From an uncultured Candidatus Poseidoniales archaeon (GTDB taxonomy: Archaea > Thermoplasmatota > Poseidoniia > Poseidoniales > Poseidoniaceae): 64,000 nucleotides of DNA. The stretch spans positions 1,849 through 65,848 of the forward strand of contig CAJJCQ010000013.1 of the NCBI GenBank assembly GCA_905182725.1, written 5' to 3'. The notes beneath the pieces are model-generated. The model was not told the origin of the DNA and made no database searches. It saw only the letters and a program-made list of their open reading frames with translations. The stretch's first letter is position 1, and the number at the start of each line of letters is the position of its first letter. Position numbers and translations under genes: made by a program. Below are positions 21,401-29,724 of this stretch, piece by piece.

Positions 21401-21883
21401 CTCTCCCAAGGACTTTCATTCACCGAACAGCCTCATAATTGTCAAGATAAGAATGCTTCTTTTTCTCAAGAATTGTGCGCCTTAAACGGGACTGTTGGAC
21501 CGTATGAAATCAAGGCCGTTCTGTTTGATGGCGACGATTTTATCGAAACAACTTGGATGGTGACCTATACCGTATGGCATCCTCCTGTTCCTGAAGTTGA
21601 AGAAGAAGTTGTAGACCTCAATGAACAAGACAGCCAGTCGATTCTCCAATCCAATGCTTTGATCATTGCTCTTGGAGGTATAGTCGTGGTGCTTTCCCTT
21701 GTTTTGATATTCACGCGACGTCGAAACTCAATTCCAAGGCCGCAAAAACGCCCAATGCAGGCGCCAGAAATGTTTGCTACACCTCCGATGTACGGTGATG
21801 TCCCAGCAGCCCCAGATTTCTCGAAAATGGGCCAGTATGTGCCCCCATCAAACAATGATTGGGATTCCAATAAATGGAAGTAA
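18458..21883 (+). CDS. membrane-anchored subtilisin/kexin-like (S8) serine protease with P-domain, Ca-binding repeats and MopE-like Cys repeats
   Basis: Signal peptide; Asp GIVDDGLD; His HGTASAGVAAG; furin-like SNSWGPSDNGKTLEGPGPL; Ser GGTSSATPLVSGVIALM; P-domain-like ...GNWTLTVEDQGNN...WELIIYGT; repeated DxDxDG and CNDTN...PGA.E..NG.DDNCDG..DE modules; C-terminal TM LIIALGGIVVVLSLVLIF. Confidence 0.8.
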   Translation: MDQVRQESMRTCAILFVLVCSLLSPMASAFASPSSEPLETGITETRDGTLVESYSPIIQAALAHKSDLSIYSEAQLESATQWVVIAPQYAGEPAKELPGAWIVDVNPFEAPNLFSQQREDGMIEAAYPLVENDMQPRWVPNDPKFSDQWHLQNTGQTGGTSGEDVNITGAWNSYRGTGVVIGIVDDGLDWTHPDLDNYYESTLDYDFCGDDGDPSPSSNNAHGTASAGVAAGVGDNNIGVSGSAPKAGLAGLQLISCSTTDVREGGALGHERQDIDIYSNSWGPSDNGKTLEGPGPLMLAAMENDASIGRSGLGNIITWAAGNGLDDEDNSNYDGYANLRYTIAVTAVDHKGRQSYYAEPGANILVASPSNGDGESITTTDIEGSGGYTNNDYTDSFGGTSSATPLVSGVIALMLEANSNLTWRDVQHIIVLTSRKNDASDSSWGVNGAGHEVSHKYGYGVIDAGAAVSMAESWTSVEEEVSFSSGTTTVDTDIPDNSPNYISSNTTVTDAILVENVDIIVDIPHDFRGDLEIILTSPSGTESVLSEKHDDDNSDYNNWRFSTVHNWDEDSRGNWTLTVEDQGNNDVGSFDEWELIIYGTQMNLDSDGDNLSDTNETEVYGTDPNDIDTDDDTINDGAEVLIYGTNPLLSDTDADGLSDGVEINVNGTDPLDNDTDDDLLLDGEEVLLYGTNPLVPDPDNDGDAFYWFQDCNDTNAMVYPGALEVLNGIDDNCDGQWDEGFNATDTDGDGLSDFGEFHVFGTNLSDADTDGDFLNDGEEVLTLLTDPLVKDNDTDMDGFYWFEDCNDTNSSIYPGALELLDNIDNNCDGEADESFIGTDADADGLLDLVEFLEIGTDPFDDDTDGDGLRDGIEVLSTFTNPFVIDPDADQDGFRWFLDCDDNDSARSPNALEIWNGLDDDCDGGIDESVDRRSGLTPAPLMSDLVLNATNDTLELALSLELDDASIQRLNLTVQWYRNQSLLSQGLSFTEQPHNCQDKNASFSQELCALNGTVGPYEIKAVLFDGDDFIETTWMVTYTVWHPPVPEVEEEVVDLNEQDSQSILQSNALIIALGGIVVVLSLVLIFTRRRNSIPRPQKRPMQAPEMFATPPMYGDVPAAPDFSKMGQYVPPSNNDWDSNKWK

Positions 21884-24061
21884 TCACACTGGATTAGTGA
21901 TTATACTCCAGCCGATGAGTCGGCCTTCTGCAGCATCTGCAATGAGGTTCAACTGATTGTGTTCACCGTTTTCATCCCACGTTCGAGAAATGTCAAGAGT
22001 AACTGCTCCATCTCCACCATCACCAATTTGTGAGAGAAGGGAGCCGATATCATCGCCAGGAACCGCAATCAAGTACCCCACCTTTACATCATTCTGATAC
22101 TCGCCAGATGAAGTAAAGAAGCGTTCTGAACCGGCCAGCATATCGTAACGAGATGAGTCTGAAAACCATGATTCAAGCGTGGTGATGTTGTATGTACTTG
22201 GGATCGAGTCCCTGTTCCAAGAAGTCAAATCCAAATCGCCTCTTTTGTCATATTGGCAATTATCTGCATTTGGTATTCCTGTGAGATTGAACTGGACCCA
22301 GCCCGCTTGTTTATCTGTTGCAACCCAAGAAAGGTTCCACTGCGATACGGATGATGAGATCTGCTCGGTCGTACCGCGCCAAATGTAGCCGTTTTCTTCA
22401 AGGGCTCTGGATGCTCCAGGGGCAATTGTGTTTGGCCATTCCTCGAAACAAGCAAGGGCATCCTCAAAGGTATGCTGGCGAAGTGTTGAGTCATCTGGCA
22501 TATGAAGTTCATATTCCCCCCATGCTTCCAGTTCACTGTTTGACGGGCCAAGTTGATTGGCTTGAGGTTTAGAAGCATAGGTCAAACCAAGGTCCAATTG
22601 TTTTTGTCCACGGGTCAATGAAGTTTTAGCAAAGGTGTGATGCAACTCTAATTCCCCTTCAGGTAAGACGTAATCGTTCAGTAATTGAGATGCTGGAGAG
22701 CAACCCGATTGTCCGGCTTGTGTCTCTGAAATCAAAACATCAACTGTTTGTTTTGCCGCCCAAGGATTTCCTTCTTCAACCCACAAATTCATGGTGGCAG
22801 AACCTAAACAATATGCTTCGATATCATGGTGTGTAGCGACAATCTTCCAAGCAGGATTCCCTCCATATTCATCGATGCCAATCACGCGCCAATCCCATCC
22901 AAGATTACTTCCGGTTGCACCTTTGTCAATGAGGTCGTTCGCAAACAAATGTTGAATTTCTACGGGTTGCATCATCAAAGCAAGTCCTGGTGCAAGCGTC
23001 TCTAGCCCACCGAGTAAGCCTCCAACGCCATAACTTACCGCCGTACCTTGGTATTTGCCAATTGGAGAAGGGAGGTCGATTCCCCAATTCAACTCAGTTG
23101 CTTTGGTATCTTGATTTCGAAGTTCGATATATTTGGTCGAAGAAAGGTCTGCAGTTCCTGAGCCGGTGATCGCTCCGAATTCACATATACTTCCTATTGA
23201 AAGATGGCGATGTACTCGGAATGGATTCAATGAATTGGTATTGACTGTTTCAACAGCAAGCCATTCTGCACCCATTCCTCCAACGATACGTACTGCTCCT
23301 AAACGGTCTGTTGAACCTCCTTCATTTACCAATTCACTCGTGCCGCCATCGGTAATGGAAAGACTACCTGCGCCACCAAAATCAAGAGAGAGTTTACAAA
23401 TCTCGTCATCTGTTTCAAGTTGATCCATGACCAATTCAACAAACCCTTCAGTGGCAAGGAAAGTTGCCAATCCGTTTTCATCACCGGTGATCTGGTACTG
23501 CATACTGTCGCCGTAACGAAGTTGTTCAGCAGTGAATGAGTCGAGCTGGTTGTCGAGATAATAATATCCACCTGCACCGACAATAATCAAAGTGAGCAGA
23601 ACCGCAGCGACTTGTGGTTTGCGAATGAGGTCAATAAGGGTGGCAGGGCCTTCACGCACCTGCTTTTTCTTCATGTTCGGTTTCTTTCTTTTTGCAGATG
23701 GTTCTTCGTCAACAAATTCTGCATCCAGTATCTCTGCATCGAGAATACTTTCTTCTTCAGATGAATCTTCATCATCTATGACATCGTGCTCTTTAGTAGG
23801 GGTTATTGTATCTTCATCTTCCATCGAAAGGACAATTTCCTTTTCTGGTTCTACTTCTGGTTTCTTCTCTTTTTTGGGCTTTGAAACAGCTTGAACCTTT
23901 ACTTTTGAGGGTAAGCCAACTTCCTTATTTGAAAGACCAGAGTCAAGCAGACGCTCAACCAAATCTGATTTTTTCCCGCTGGTAGGTAAATCGTTAAGGA
24001 TGCATAATGCTTTGAGTTTTGCAACTGTCAAAGAAGATGTTTGCTCGTCCGACATCACCAA
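21884..24061 (-). CDS. SAP-motif N-terminus, single-TM, large extracellular domain protein (hypothetical)
   Basis: N-terminal LTVAKLKALCILNDLPTSGKKSDLVERLLD matches the SAP helix-extended-helix consensus; KE-rich linker; TM VAAVLLTLIIVGAGGYYYL; ~550-aa C-terminal domain. Confidence 0.5.
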   Translation of the reverse strand: MVMSDEQTSSLTVAKLKALCILNDLPTSGKKSDLVERLLDSGLSNKEVGLPSKVKVQAVSKPKKEKKPEVEPEKEIVLSMEDEDTITPTKEHDVIDDEDSSEEESILDAEILDAEFVDEEPSAKRKKPNMKKKQVREGPATLIDLIRKPQVAAVLLTLIIVGAGGYYYLDNQLDSFTAEQLRYGDSMQYQITGDENGLATFLATEGFVELVMDQLETDDEICKLSLDFGGAGSLSITDGGTSELVNEGGSTDRLGAVRIVGGMGAEWLAVETVNTNSLNPFRVHRHLSIGSICEFGAITGSGTADLSSTKYIELRNQDTKATELNWGIDLPSPIGKYQGTAVSYGVGGLLGGLETLAPGLALMMQPVEIQHLFANDLIDKGATGSNLGWDWRVIGIDEYGGNPAWKIVATHHDIEAYCLGSATMNLWVEEGNPWAAKQTVDVLISETQAGQSGCSPASQLLNDYVLPEGELELHHTFAKTSLTRGQKQLDLGLTYASKPQANQLGPSNSELEAWGEYELHMPDDSTLRQHTFEDALACFEEWPNTIAPGASRALEENGYIWRGTTEQISSSVSQWNLSWVATDKQAGWVQFNLTGIPNADNCQYDKRGDLDLTSWNRDSIPSTYNITTLESWFSDSSRYDMLAGSERFFTSSGEYQNDVKVGYLIAVPGDDIGSLLSQIGDGGDGAVTLDISRTWDENGEHNQLNLIADAAEGRLIGWSIITNPV

Positions 24062-24152
24062 ACCCTCACCTAGGCCTGTCGTCTTTCCCTTTCAAGTATG
24101 ACCCCAATTATGCCTCATAAAACCCGAGTTTTTGATACTCGTAGAGGTACGG

Positions 24153-25184
24153 TTATCCTTCATGGGGAGCGTAAGAGCCATCTGCATTTTGAACATAAAC
24201 CGTTTGCTCGTAACTGCCATCTGGTAATTTCTTGAAGAAATATCCACCCTCTGCCGGTTCAAAGGTTGCTTCGGGAGAAACGGGTTCTGGTTCGGCTTGA
24301 GCGATTTCCTCAACGGGTTCTGTTGGTGTTTGAGTCACTGGCGCTTCAACTGCTTGAGGGGGGCCTGCGGGGTCTGCACCTGGTGGGCCACCGGTTGGAC
24401 CTGCACTTGGGGGGCCGGTTGGACCTGCAGCAACACGTGCACCGGTGAGGGATGCCAAGACTTTGTCTTCAGTAGATTCGTCTCCATTTTCGAGAATCTT
24501 TTTGACATGAGCGCCGTGCTTTTGAGCTCCAATAAAGGCAAAGGCTGACAATGAAAGACAGATCATTCCGAAGAGTCCACCGATCACTTGATTTGGCCAC
24601 ATTTTACCTTTGACAGACATATCGTTGTTCGAGGTTTTGTCAACCTCACCGCTTGTCTCATTGAAATATTGAATAATCACACAATATTGCCCCGGGTCAA
24701 CAGAAAACTTGAACGTATATTCTTCATCTTCAATCAACGAATCAATCGACTGGTATTGATATGCGTGATTGGTTCCAAGTTTTGCTTCTTCAGTGAAAAT
24801 ACCGAGATTTTGTTGGCAATTGTTTTGTTTAATCACGTATGCATCGAGGCGTATCTCAGAATGAGTCGGTGGAGAGGATGTCAAAACTTCCAGATGGAGG
24901 GGGGCGTCAAACAAATCGTCACCGGGTAAAGAAGGACCCCAAACAAACCCGATATCTTTCTCAACTGAATGGGTGAAGTCGTCATAACCAGCACTGAAAG
25001 GCATTGGGAAGAGAGCAAATGTGAACATCAGAACCGCGATACCGAGCCACAAAAAAACATTCCAGCGCGATTTTTTTAATTCCTCTTTCCGTTGGTCCAA
25101 AGTGAGGGTTTCTTCAATTTCCTCTTGGTCAACATTGGTAGTGATTTTTTCACTAACAGCCACTGCCCCTTCTTCGGTCATATT
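24153..25184 (-). CDS. membrane protein with Pro/Thr-rich C-terminal region (hypothetical)
   Basis: Two TM helices and C-terminal GPTGPPSAGPTGGPPGADPAGPP low-complexity region; the ORF extends to 25232. Confidence 0.4.
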   Translation of the reverse strand, partial: NMTEEGAVAVSEKITTNVDQEEIEETLTLDQRKEELKKSRWNVFLWLGIAVLMFTFALFPMPFSAGYDDFTHSVEKDIGFVWGPSLPGDDLFDAPLHLEVLTSSPPTHSEIRLDAYVIKQNNCQQNLGIFTEEAKLGTNHAYQYQSIDSLIEDEEYTFKFSVDPGQYCVIIQYFNETSGEVDKTSNNDMSVKGKMWPNQVIGGLFGMICLSLSAFAFIGAQKHGAHVKKILENGDESTEDKVLASLTGARVAAGPTGPPSAGPTGGPPGADPAGPPQAVEAPVTQTPTEPVEEIAQAEPEPVSPEATFEPAEGGYFFKKLPDGSYEQTVYVQNADGSYAPHEG

Positions 25185-25234
25185 AACCCCGATTTCGAGC
25201 GAGCACTTGAAAGGCGCGACTGAATCTCGCAAGC

Positions 25235-26476
25235 ATGGAGGAGTATGGCGTGAAGAGGACAGAAGGGGTATTGCCTGATGTTGACCTTCGTATTGCTATT
25301 CTCTCAAGAGGCCCGCGCCTCTACAGCACCAGAAGATTGGTCGAAGAGGCACGGAAACGGGGGCTGGACCCTTATGTCGCAGATCCAATGAAGTTTTCAT
25401 TATTCGTTGCAGATGGTATGATTGATATTTTGCACAACGGTGAGTTATTCGATTTTGATGCTGTAATTCCTCGCATCGGTCATTCAATCACCAAGCACGG
25501 TGTTGCTGTACTCCGCCATCTCGAACAACTCGGAATATGGACTGCAAATACTGGAACTGGGATTCTTCAAAGCCGGGATAAACTCCATGCAACGCAAATT
25601 CTCGCACGGAACAGGATCCCGGTCCCTCGTACCACCTATGTTCGAGACATCATTGATGTCGAAACTGCAGTTGATTTTGTCGGCGGACTACCTGTTGTCA
25701 TCAAAGTCACACAAGGAACGCAGGGCCAAGGTGTGTTTTTGCGCCACACAATTCGAGAAGCGCGGAACCTTGTCCAAGGACTGTTGCTCACTGGTCGCTC
25801 AATCTTGATTCAAGAATACATTGCTGAATCCCATGGTAAAGATGTTCGAGCATTCGTAGTTGGAGACCGGGTCGTTGCGAGTATGCGCCGGCGCGCCCGT
25901 GGGAGAGAGTTTAGGAGCAATTATCACCTCAATGGAACGGTTGAAAGCGTAGATCTGCCAAAAGAATTCGAAGAGGCAGCATGCCGAGCAGCACGAGTCC
26001 TTGGGCTACATATTGCCGGCGTTGACCTACTTGAATCAAGAAATGGACCGTTGGTTCTTGAAGTCAATTCATCCCCTGGACTCGAGGGTATCGAGAAAGC
26101 AAGTGGCGTCAATGTCGCTGGAGAGATTATTGATTATGTCACAAGTGAAACTGCTTTTGCGGAAGTCGATCTTGACCAATTACTCCGAACTGTCCCTGGT
26201 GCCGGAGTTCTGTCACTTCAAATCCGCAACCATCCAAAATTTGTGGGTCAAACGCTTGCGAGTGTTTTCAAATCAAATTCTGAAATTCCTGTTTTTGCTC
26301 TTTCTCGCGATAACAGTTTATTGTGGAATCCATCAAATGAACTGCAATTGCGATATGAGGATGTGCTCATTTGTTACGGTGAACTCACAGAATTGAGAAC
26401 TTCCCTCCGCCAGGCAATGCTCGATGTACCACTGAAAGAGTTCAGTGAATCTTCAGCTGAAGAAACCAACGCTTGA
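25235..26476 (+). CDS. RimK-like ATP-grasp ligase fused to a TrkA_C (RCK_C)-like C-terminal domain
   Basis: ATP-grasp motifs VVIKVTQGTQGQGV, ILIQEYI, DVRAFVVGDRVVASMRR, GVDLLE...LVLEVNSSPGLEG; the last ~100 aa resemble RCK_C (LSLQIRNHPKFVGQTL...VLICYGELTELRTS). Confidence 0.65.
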   Translation: MEEYGVKRTEGVLPDVDLRIAILSRGPRLYSTRRLVEEARKRGLDPYVADPMKFSLFVADGMIDILHNGELFDFDAVIPRIGHSITKHGVAVLRHLEQLGIWTANTGTGILQSRDKLHATQILARNRIPVPRTTYVRDIIDVETAVDFVGGLPVVIKVTQGTQGQGVFLRHTIREARNLVQGLLLTGRSILIQEYIAESHGKDVRAFVVGDRVVASMRRRARGREFRSNYHLNGTVESVDLPKEFEEAACRAARVLGLHIAGVDLLESRNGPLVLEVNSSPGLEGIEKASGVNVAGEIIDYVTSETAFAEVDLDQLLRTVPGAGVLSLQIRNHPKFVGQTLASVFKSNSEIPVFALSRDNSLLWNPSNELQLRYEDVLICYGELTELRTSLRQAMLDVPLKEFSESSAEETNA

Positions 26477-26723
26477 CGCTCGGCGTTGGACCAGGGGTCG
26501 TGTTCTCGATTCCTGTTTCGTGGGAACGCGCGGTGGTTTGATATGGGAGTCCGTATTCTTCTCTTCTGCTCTACGGAGCACGGGATGCACGCCCGCCCTA
26601 GGCGGGAGGCGGTGAACGCCAATGAACACACGGAGAGGAGAGGAGCGGAATCGCAAGGCTTTGAGGCCGAGCCAACTACGGCTCAATGATGCCTCAGTTG
26701 TGCTTCCGCCGCGACTTATTCAC

Positions 26724-27719
26724 ATGCAAAACCTACCTTGGTTCGCCTGTTATATGCAGATGTTAAAGGCTGAGAATAAATCACTGAATACTCAAAAGTC
26801 CTATGCCAGTGGATTACGAGCATTAATTGAAACAACTCTTCCAGGAGAAAATGTTCTGAGTGAAGCGGAATACCAAGCGATAACTGTGTATGAATTGGCT
26901 GAACGAATGGAGCCTCTCAGTGGAAGAATGGATCGATGGACGCACGGATTATCGGACTTGCGCCCAACCACGTACAATGCACGGCTCGCAGCGGCTCGAC
27001 ATCTACTCAAATGGCTCGGACATCGCTGGCCTGACCATTTGGTTCGAGCACGAACTGGAAAACGACTCCCTCGTACTTTGAATCGAAGAGAGATGTCGAT
27101 GGTCTTGGATGCCTCTGCAAAAAGTGAAAACCCCGTAGCCTCTATCGTTGTTACAATGATGCTTGACACTGGCTTACGGGTCAGCGAGGTATGCAATCTG
27201 GATCGAAATGACATTGACCTCGAAGATGGGTCTGCTCGAGTTTATGGCGGCAAAGGGGACAAAGACCGTTTAGTACTCTTTACACGAAGAACACTTGAAC
27301 GCATCCATGCTTGGATCCCGATTCGGGATGCTCGTGTTCGTGATGATGATTTTGCATTTCTCTTGAATTCTGCTGGTCGGCGCCTACAACCTCGAGGTGT
27401 TCAACGCCTGATGGATTCGCTCGCTGTGGAAGCAGGGCTGCCAAAAGGGAAATTGACGCCGCACGTCTTACGTCATAATTTCGCAACAGGTTTGTTGGAA
27501 CGAGGTGCTGATTTGGTGACCATTCAACGACTCCTCGGCCATTCAAGTATTGCAACCACTCGAGTTTACCTTGAAATCTCTGACCAAACATTACGTGAAG
27601 TCTACCATAGGGCTCAGGCAACACGAGAAACGCTCGAAGCGGCTGCTGCTGCAAGCATAAGTGAACAAGAGGAGCTCATCGAGACCACACCGTCGACCAG
27701 TTCGGTCGGTATTGAGTGA
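26724..27719 (+). CDS. tyrosine site-specific recombinase (XerA/XerC/XerD-like integrase)
   Basis: C-terminal HVLRHNFATGLLERGADLVTIQRLLGHSSIATTRVYLEI (R...HxxR...Y catalytic set); N-terminal core-binding region; the ORF opens at 26622. Confidence 0.8.
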   Translation: MQNLPWFACYMQMLKAENKSLNTQKSYASGLRALIETTLPGENVLSEAEYQAITVYELAERMEPLSGRMDRWTHGLSDLRPTTYNARLAAARHLLKWLGHRWPDHLVRARTGKRLPRTLNRREMSMVLDASAKSENPVASIVVTMMLDTGLRVSEVCNLDRNDIDLEDGSARVYGGKGDKDRLVLFTRRTLERIHAWIPIRDARVRDDDFAFLLNSAGRRLQPRGVQRLMDSLAVEAGLPKGKLTPHVLRHNFATGLLERGADLVTIQRLLGHSSIATTRVYLEISDQTLREVYHRAQATRETLEAAAAASISEQEELIETTPSTSSVGIE

Positions 27720-27720
27720 A

Positions 27721-27903
27721 TCACGTGCGCTTTTGTTTTCGCTTTTTGATTATGGTTGGGCCTGTCCATTCGCGATGTGGTTTGATCTCTTGCCCACTGT
27801 GGCCTTCAATTGGACAAAATTTACCTGAACGGCATCGCGAACATTTTTCTTTTGACGGCATTTCAACGGTCTTTCTCAACCGACCGTATTTTCGCCGAGG
27901 CAT
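27721..27903 (-). CDS. small basic CxxC-containing ORF (possible zinc ribbon; doubtful)
   Basis: 60 aa; CSRCRSGKFCPIEGH; convergent with the integrase 3' end. Confidence 0.15.
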   Translation of the reverse strand: MPRRKYGRLRKTVEMPSKEKCSRCRSGKFCPIEGHSGQEIKPHREWTGPTIIKKRKQKRT

Positions 27904-27960
27904 GAAATGTTGTGCGCCGAGGCGGTATTCAATGCTAGCGCTTCATTACGTGAAAGAGTT

Positions 27961-28497
27961 TCACTTTTTATTGAACCATGGCATATCGGTCACTTTACGT
28001 GGCACTCGGAGCGTAGTTCCTTTTCGTCCATCCGAAGATTTGGATGATTTAACGGTGTGATTAACCTTGGAAACAGTTGCCTTCTTGGCTTCCGTTGCTT
28101 TCTTAGAAACTTTCTTGGCAGCGGCTTTGGTTTTCGAAGCGGCCTTCTTCGATACTGACTTGGTGGCAACCGTCGCTTTCTTTGCTGCCGTCTTGGCTTT
28201 TGACGCAGTCTTTTTAGCCACAGAAGAGGATTTCTTTGCGGTGGATTTGGTCACTGTCTTTGCCTTTGAAGCGACTTTCTTTGCCGACTCTGAGGCTTTA
28301 CTTGCAACCTTGGCAGCTGCACTTACTTTCTTTGCAACCGCAGCACTAAGGCCCGCATCTTGAAGTTTTTTAGAACTTGCAGAAGCAACCTTTGCGACTG
28401 AATCGATCTTTGAACTGACTAATTTTTTTGCTGTTGCTGCTCCAATACCTGGGAGTGATGTTAACGCGTCGATTTTGGAATTACTCTTTACAGCCAT
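27961..28497 (-). CDS. helix-hairpin-helix plus Lys/Ala-rich (histone H1/HC1-like) DNA-binding protein
   Basis: N-terminal HhH LTSLPGIGAATAKKLV followed by ~140 aa of AKK/SKK repeats; the ORF extends to 28536. Confidence 0.5.
   Translation of the reverse strand: MAVKSNSKIDALTSLPGIGAATAKKLVSSKIDSVAKVASASSKKLQDAGLSAAVAKKVSAAAKVASKASESAKKVASKAKTVTKSTAKKSSSVAKKTASKAKTAAKKATVATKSVSKKAASKTKAAAKKVSKKATEAKKATVSKVNHTVKSSKSSDGRKGTTLRVPRKVTDMPWFNKK
28040..28440 (-). repeat. low-complexity Lys/Ala-rich coding repeat (within the HhH-KA protein gene)
   Basis: Periodic gctgc/ttctt repeats; the plus-strand ORF 28067..28363 is its antisense artefact. Confidence 0.6.
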
Positions 28498-28600
28498 TGG
28501 CTCACCAAACACTCCATGGCGGGCGCTACTCATCAATTCTTCTCTTCTTCAGTTTGTCACAAGGCGTCGAATTGATGATGTGTGGAGGGGCCGGAGTAGT

Positions 28601-29467
28601 ATGGGCAACCGCGGGTATGATGAGAGTGCGCTCGTAGTGTATGCCCAAGTAGGTCAGGCAAAAGCGAATCATCGAGTTGAAAATGATACTGGCTTTTTGA
28701 GACCTAAATCATTCACTCTACCGAGTAAAGTGGTCTACCTCGGAGATGTTGCCACACATGCTTTGGCCTATCTTGAAAATCCGGAAACACCTCACTTTTC
28801 TGAACCACCGCAATTCAATGAGCAGAAATGGAAGTTTGAAACGCAAAGCGGAGGTTTAGGATTGACAATCTCCTCAACATCATATTGGGGCTTTGGATTA
28901 TTCAACTCAGGTTACCTTAACCGAATTGTACTCAAAGGTTCGCCGCAATCGTATGCTCGGTTGCTGTTCGACCTTTCTGCATCTCTTGGACATCGGCCCT
29001 GGGAGTTTTTCCACTCCTCGGCCGCACGGAAGTATCTCGCGAAAGAAGGCGCTGGCGTTTCCCTTGAATCGAATGAAGAGTCTTGGAAAAAAGCCTTTGA
29101 AACTGCTCGTTCTGTTTTTGATGAACAAATATTCATGGTTGAAGAACAAGGTAAAGCGGTACAGAAGCGAATGAAAAATAGACTCGGCTCTGAAGACTGG
29201 AACGCAATGCAAGCAGAGAAGGCTATCCAGCATGCAGACTATGACTTGGAAGTCGCACGCGGGGCTTTGGCAGACGGAAATGCCCCTGGGTTCGAACGCG
29301 CATTGGCAAGAGCTGAGGCATACTTTATCGAAGCGGACCCTGATGGAAGTCGGTCGTATTCGGCGAGTGATATGTATGAAATTCCCCAAGGGCAAATTCT
29401 TGACATCGGCACTTCAGAAGCTGAGATTTCATTTGTGGATTTGACATCAAATGATGAAGAAGAGTAG
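28601..29467 (+). CDS. hypothetical protein
   Basis: The ORF opens at 28475 but overlaps the previous gene; Met at 28601; acidic C-terminus. Confidence 0.35.
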   Translation: MGNRGYDESALVVYAQVGQAKANHRVENDTGFLRPKSFTLPSKVVYLGDVATHALAYLENPETPHFSEPPQFNEQKWKFETQSGGLGLTISSTSYWGFGLFNSGYLNRIVLKGSPQSYARLLFDLSASLGHRPWEFFHSSAARKYLAKEGAGVSLESNEESWKKAFETARSVFDEQIFMVEEQGKAVQKRMKNRLGSEDWNAMQAEKAIQHADYDLEVARGALADGNAPGFERALARAEAYFIEADPDGSRSYSASDMYEIPQGQILDIGTSEAEISFVDLTSNDEEE

Positions 29468-29523
29468 TTTTCGTGGCCGCGTCGCGTTGATAAAGGTGTG
29501 GCAACTCGCAGAGATTGGTCCAC

Positions 29524-29715
29524 ATGGCTTCAAAGAAGAAATCCGACGGTAGCGGTATTCAACAGGCTGCAGGTCTTATTCGATATTTCGATGAAGAATC
29601 AGAAGATGCTTGGAAGATTACTCCGTTCCAAGTATATGCAGCATGTATCGGTCTTGGAACATTTTTCTACCTTGTAAATCAAGGCGTTATCTCGTGGATT
29701 CTTGACCTGTTCTGA
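29524..29715 (+). CDS. secG: preprotein translocase subunit Sec61beta (archaeal SecG)
   Basis: MASKKKSDGSG...AAGLIRYFDEE...single C-terminal TM; matches the archaeal Sec61beta consensus. Confidence 0.6.
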   Translation: MASKKKSDGSGIQQAAGLIRYFDEESEDAWKITPFQVYAACIGLGTFFYLVNQGVISWILDLF

Positions 29716-29724
29716 AACTCTGTT

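Noticed and set aside
26486-26689. 67-aa ORF inside the GC-rich intergenic region before the integrase; also considered as SRP RNA or RNase P RNA
   Set aside because: No coding-like composition or start context. No conserved RNase P (GGAAAGTCCGG) or SRP helix-8 motifs and no tRNA T-loop were seen. It is kept only as an unexplained GC-rich structured region.
28067-28363. 98-aa plus-strand ORF rich in A/F/L/V
   Set aside because: It is the antisense reading of the Lys/Ala-rich repeat gene on the minus strand, a low-complexity mirror artefact
26622-29500. Possible integrated provirus/mobile element downstream of the tyrosine recombinase
   Set aside because: The neighbouring genes (secG, gcvH, rnhA, nucleoid-like protein) are housekeeping-type, there are no capsid/terminase/replication initiator genes, and no flanking direct repeats were found by eye; more likely a chromosomal XerA
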